This document shows positions 59,997 to 64,000 of a stretch of DNA of 64,000 bases, piece by piece (the stretch's first letter is position 1; each line of letters starts with the position of its first letter). The position numbers and the translations under genes are program-made. Under the pieces are notes generated by a model. The model was not told the origin of the DNA, did not search any database, and was given only the letters and a program-made list of their open reading frames with translations. Location: NCBI RefSeq assembly GCF_009914755.1, contig NC_060947.1; one strand, written 5' to 3'. The stretch is from the human T2T-CHM13v2.0 reference genome, Homo sapiens.

Positions 59997-60607
59997 AGAT
60001 TTTTTTTTAATTCAAAGGATGACCAAGTATCAACTAATTTGTTTCAACCAGAGGCTTCAAATAATAGTATTACTGAATATTTTCAGAACAACCAAGCTAT
60101 TTATCAACATTATAAACACAACATAATTTCTATTATTTTAAAATTATTAAGCATATGGAATGCATATAAGTGGACATTTTCATGTGAGGCTTGTGGGATT
60201 ATATTTTATATTTCAACTATAAGTACCTTTTAGGTGTGAGGACATACGGAACGATCAAACAATATGACAGCTTTAAAAACGAGTTCAAAATGACTTGTCT
60301 GAGTGCCATATTCAAAGCTTTTCAGTACAAATAAGACAATAAAAATAAAATAATTAAAAAGCTAAGGTATATATGTATATATACATATATATTTTAAGTT
60401 ACTGAAAAAGGTTCAAGAGTCCAATGCTAAATATGAATTATGTGTTACCATTTCAAATCAGGTGCTTAAAGTTCTGCTGGTCTTATCTGTGCCATCAATG
60501 ATCTACCTATTGTTCTTATTGTACTTATTGTAGTGGACTGGATTTGGCTCACAGGGATTTGGCTCACAGGGCCATAGTTTGCTGACCCTGGCTTGGACCA
60601 GTTAGAA

Positions 60608-60812
60608 TAGGGTTTCTCAATCTTCACACTATTGTTATTGGGGGTCTGTTGATTCATTGCCATTGTGTTGCTCTATTCATTTTAGGATGTTGAACAACAT
60701 TCCTGACCTTTGCCCACTAGATCGCAGTAGAACTCCCCCACTGTAGAAATGTCTCCAGACATTGTCAAACATCCCCTGGGGTACAAAATCACCCTAGGTT
60801 GAGAACCATTGC
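60608..60812 (+). mobile_element. MER20
   Basis: GGTTTCTCAATC..TAGGATGTT..AAATGTCTCCAGACATTG..GGTTGAGAACCA. Confidence 0.85.
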
Positions 60813-61198
60813 TCTGCCAGTCCCCTGTCCAGAGAGAACAGACTTATTCTGTTTTTTCTTTTTTCTGTTGTTTTATTTATTTTGTGCACCTGTTAGCACG
60901 TCTTGGTTGAGAACTTTTCCTGCACTCAGATTGGGATATACAGAAGGTGAAAACAATGCCCAGGGAACTCAATTCTGTGTCTTTCCTTGAATCCAAGTCC
61001 TCAAATGTGTCTGCTTTCTTTTGTCTACTTTTCATTTAGTCTTCTGCTGTTTGTTTCATTTGTCTCATCCAGGTTTTAGTTGTAATAACTGAGGAGAACT
61101 AGGGTGAAATGTGCTTACTTTATCTTAGTCTCCTAGATAAGTATTTGTAAAATACGATTTCTGTCTGAGGACGTGCAGTGTCCTGGTTAAGAGTGTAC

Positions 61199-61559
<361 letters not shown>

Positions 61560-62734
61560 TCAAAGGATGTAAGACCCTGGGAAGGATATATAGCCTCCTG
61601 CTACTCAAGTGTTTTCAGATGTAAATTTATAGCGGCATTAATACACAACTCATAGTTGAATATAATAGAATCCTCATGTAACTCATAAGGGCTAAATGAA
61701 TTACTGTACATAAATAACATTGACCAGTTTTTGTTACATAGTAAACACTATGCATCACATATCATTAGTATCGTTTTTATTATAATTATCTGGAAAACCA
61801 TGGACAAGTGACTTTAACATGCCAATGATTATTAACACTCCAGATCCCTACACCCTTCTTAAAGTGAAAGTGAGAATCATCAAAAAGGAAAGCTTCAGTG
61901 GAGTTTTCAAAACTGGAAAAGATGCACTTCATTTTGAATAAACTTTATGTAAGATTTTAAAGGGCTGGAAAAGTGGGACATTTGATATCTTAAGGTATTT
62001 CGAATCACAAAGAATTTAAATGCCTGGGCTAAAAGGATCCCATTACAGTGTTTTTCTTTAAAGAAATTCTCTCCACCCATCCCCACCCCCACACCCTGGG
62101 ACAGTAAGTGAGAGAGGACTAGTGTTTCATTAAGGCTGTACCTACTCTCACTCTCTCTAGAACAACATTCGCTTGCTGTGCAAGAGTATACATTAATCTC
62201 TGTTTGTGGAAGGACTTTCACCCCCTGTCAACCTAGAGTGGAGAAGTTCTTTCCATCTTTCAAAATGCATCATCAGTCACCTGAGGTTCTAAAGCTAAAT
62301 ACTTGAACAAAGAAGCGTGCACTCACACAATTCCCACAGCAGAAGAGAGAAAACAAAGGAAGCATTGAACGTAAAACATAGCATAAAATAAGATGAAAGA
62401 ACTAAGACCAAATATTTATATATCAATAAATCGAAATGGGATAAGTTCACATATTAGAAATAAAAGGCTGAGCAAATAACACCGGCAAATAAATATTGTA
62501 TCTAATAGGTGTATCTAAAATGATTTAAAAGTATGAATTGAGTTGTCCCATGACATTAATCCTAGGCAATGTAGAATTGTTAAACAAGAAAAAGAGGGGT
62601 ATATTATAGTGATATTGATTACCATCTACATTGATAATGAAACTTTGTAATTAATACTTAGGCTCTGAATAATAAAATGTCAAAAATAAGCTGAAATAAG
62701 CATAAGGGTGAAGGTATTTTTTAAAATATATACT

Positions 62735-63995
62735 GATTTTCTATTTTGGGGGAGGGCTAAATACCCAGTAGTGGGATTTCTGGATCTTACAGTAACTCTA
62801 TTTTTAGTTTTGTGAGAAATCTCCACCCTGTTTTCCATAGTAGCTATACTAATTTGCATTCCTACCAGCAGGTGTATGAGTTCCCTTTTCTTTGCATCCT
62901 GGCCAACATCTGTTCCTACTAATAGCCATTCTAACTGGGGTAAGAAGATATCTCATTGTGGTTTTGACTTCCATTTCCCTGATAATTAGTGATGTTGAGC
63001 ATTTTTTCCATATACCTGTTGGCCATTTGTATGTCTTCTTTTGAGAAATGTCTATACATGTCCTTTGCCCACTTTTTAATAGGATTATGTTTTTTTTTTA
63101 AATCTGTTGAGTTGTTCGAGTTCTTTGCATATTTGGGATGCTAGTTCCTTGTCCTATGAATAGTTTGCGAATATTTTCTCCCATTCTGTAGGTTGTGTCA
63201 TTACTCTGTTGTTTTCTTTTCTGCGCAGATGCTTTTTATTTAATGTGGTCCCATTTGTCTGTTTTTGGTTTTGATGCCTATGCTTTTGAAGTCTTAGCCA
63301 AAAAATATTTGTCTAGGCCACTGTTCTAAAGTGTTCCCCCTATGTTTTCTTCTAGTAGTTTTATAGTTTCAGATCTTAAACTTAAGGTAGCACTATTCAC
63401 AATAGCAAAGATATGAAATCAATCTAAGTGTCCATCAATAGACAAATGGATAAATAAAATGTGGTAAATATACACGACGGAATACTATTTGGCCATAGAA
63501 AAGAATACAATCACGTTTTTTGCAGCAACATGAATGGGACTTTAGGTTATTGTGTTAAGTGAAATAAGCCAGGCACAGAAAGAAAAATATCACATATTCT
63601 CACTCATATGTGGAAATTAAGAAAGTTGCTATCATGGAGGTAGAAAGGAGAATAATAGATATGAGAGGCTGGGAAGGGTGTGTGGGTAGGGGAATAAAGA
63701 GAGGTTGGTTAATGGGTACAAACATAAGGTCAGATAGAGGGGACATTTCTAATGTTCGATAGCAGAGTAGAGTGACTATAGTTAACAACAGTGTATCATA
63801 TATTTTGAAATAGCTACAAGAGAAGGCTTGAGATGGTCCTAACACATAGAAATGGTAAGTACCCAAGGTGATGAATGCCCTAAATGCCATGACTTGATCA
63901 TTACACATTCTATGTATGTAACAAAATATCACGTGTACCCCCAAAACATGTACAAATATTATGTATCCATACAAATTTAACACATAATAAAACAA
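62735..63995. mobile_element. L1 (L1MA/PB-type) 3' portion with 5' inversion
   Basis: 62735-63387 is antisense L1 ORF2 end; 63388-63995 is sense L1 3' UTR (GCACTATTCACAATAGC..CATTCTATG..AAAATATCAC). Confidence 0.85.
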
Positions 63996-64000
63996 ATCTT

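Overview
Primate, very probably human, genomic DNA. It is AT-rich and dense in interspersed repeats (Alu, L1, L2, MIR, MER DNA transposons, ERV1/ERVL/MaLR LTRs), and I recognise no intact protein-coding gene. The long ORFs in the track come from L1 ORF2, Alu, LTR12 or ERV-L. The main structure is an old, degenerate head-to-tail array at about 24.5-44.4 kb. It has five units of about 3.2-3.4 kb, each built as unique block + MIR + MER5-like pieces + second unique block + AT-rich spacer + MER21 LTR + third unique block. Younger elements (LTR12C, AluY, L1PA 3' end, AluJ, MST LTR, AluS pair, Alu monomer) each interrupt only one unit. An older ~300-bp module duplication flanks the array at 21.8-22.4 kb and 44.2-44.5 kb. 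The unique blocks retain a small stem-loop, palindromes, splice-site-like motifs and a nearly indel-free short reading frame, but their function cannot be established from sequence alone. A strong CTCF motif and an exon-like segment lie near 54.8-55.2 kb. Repeat subfamily names are from memory of consensus sequences, and boundaries are approximate unless a target-site duplication (TSD) is given.
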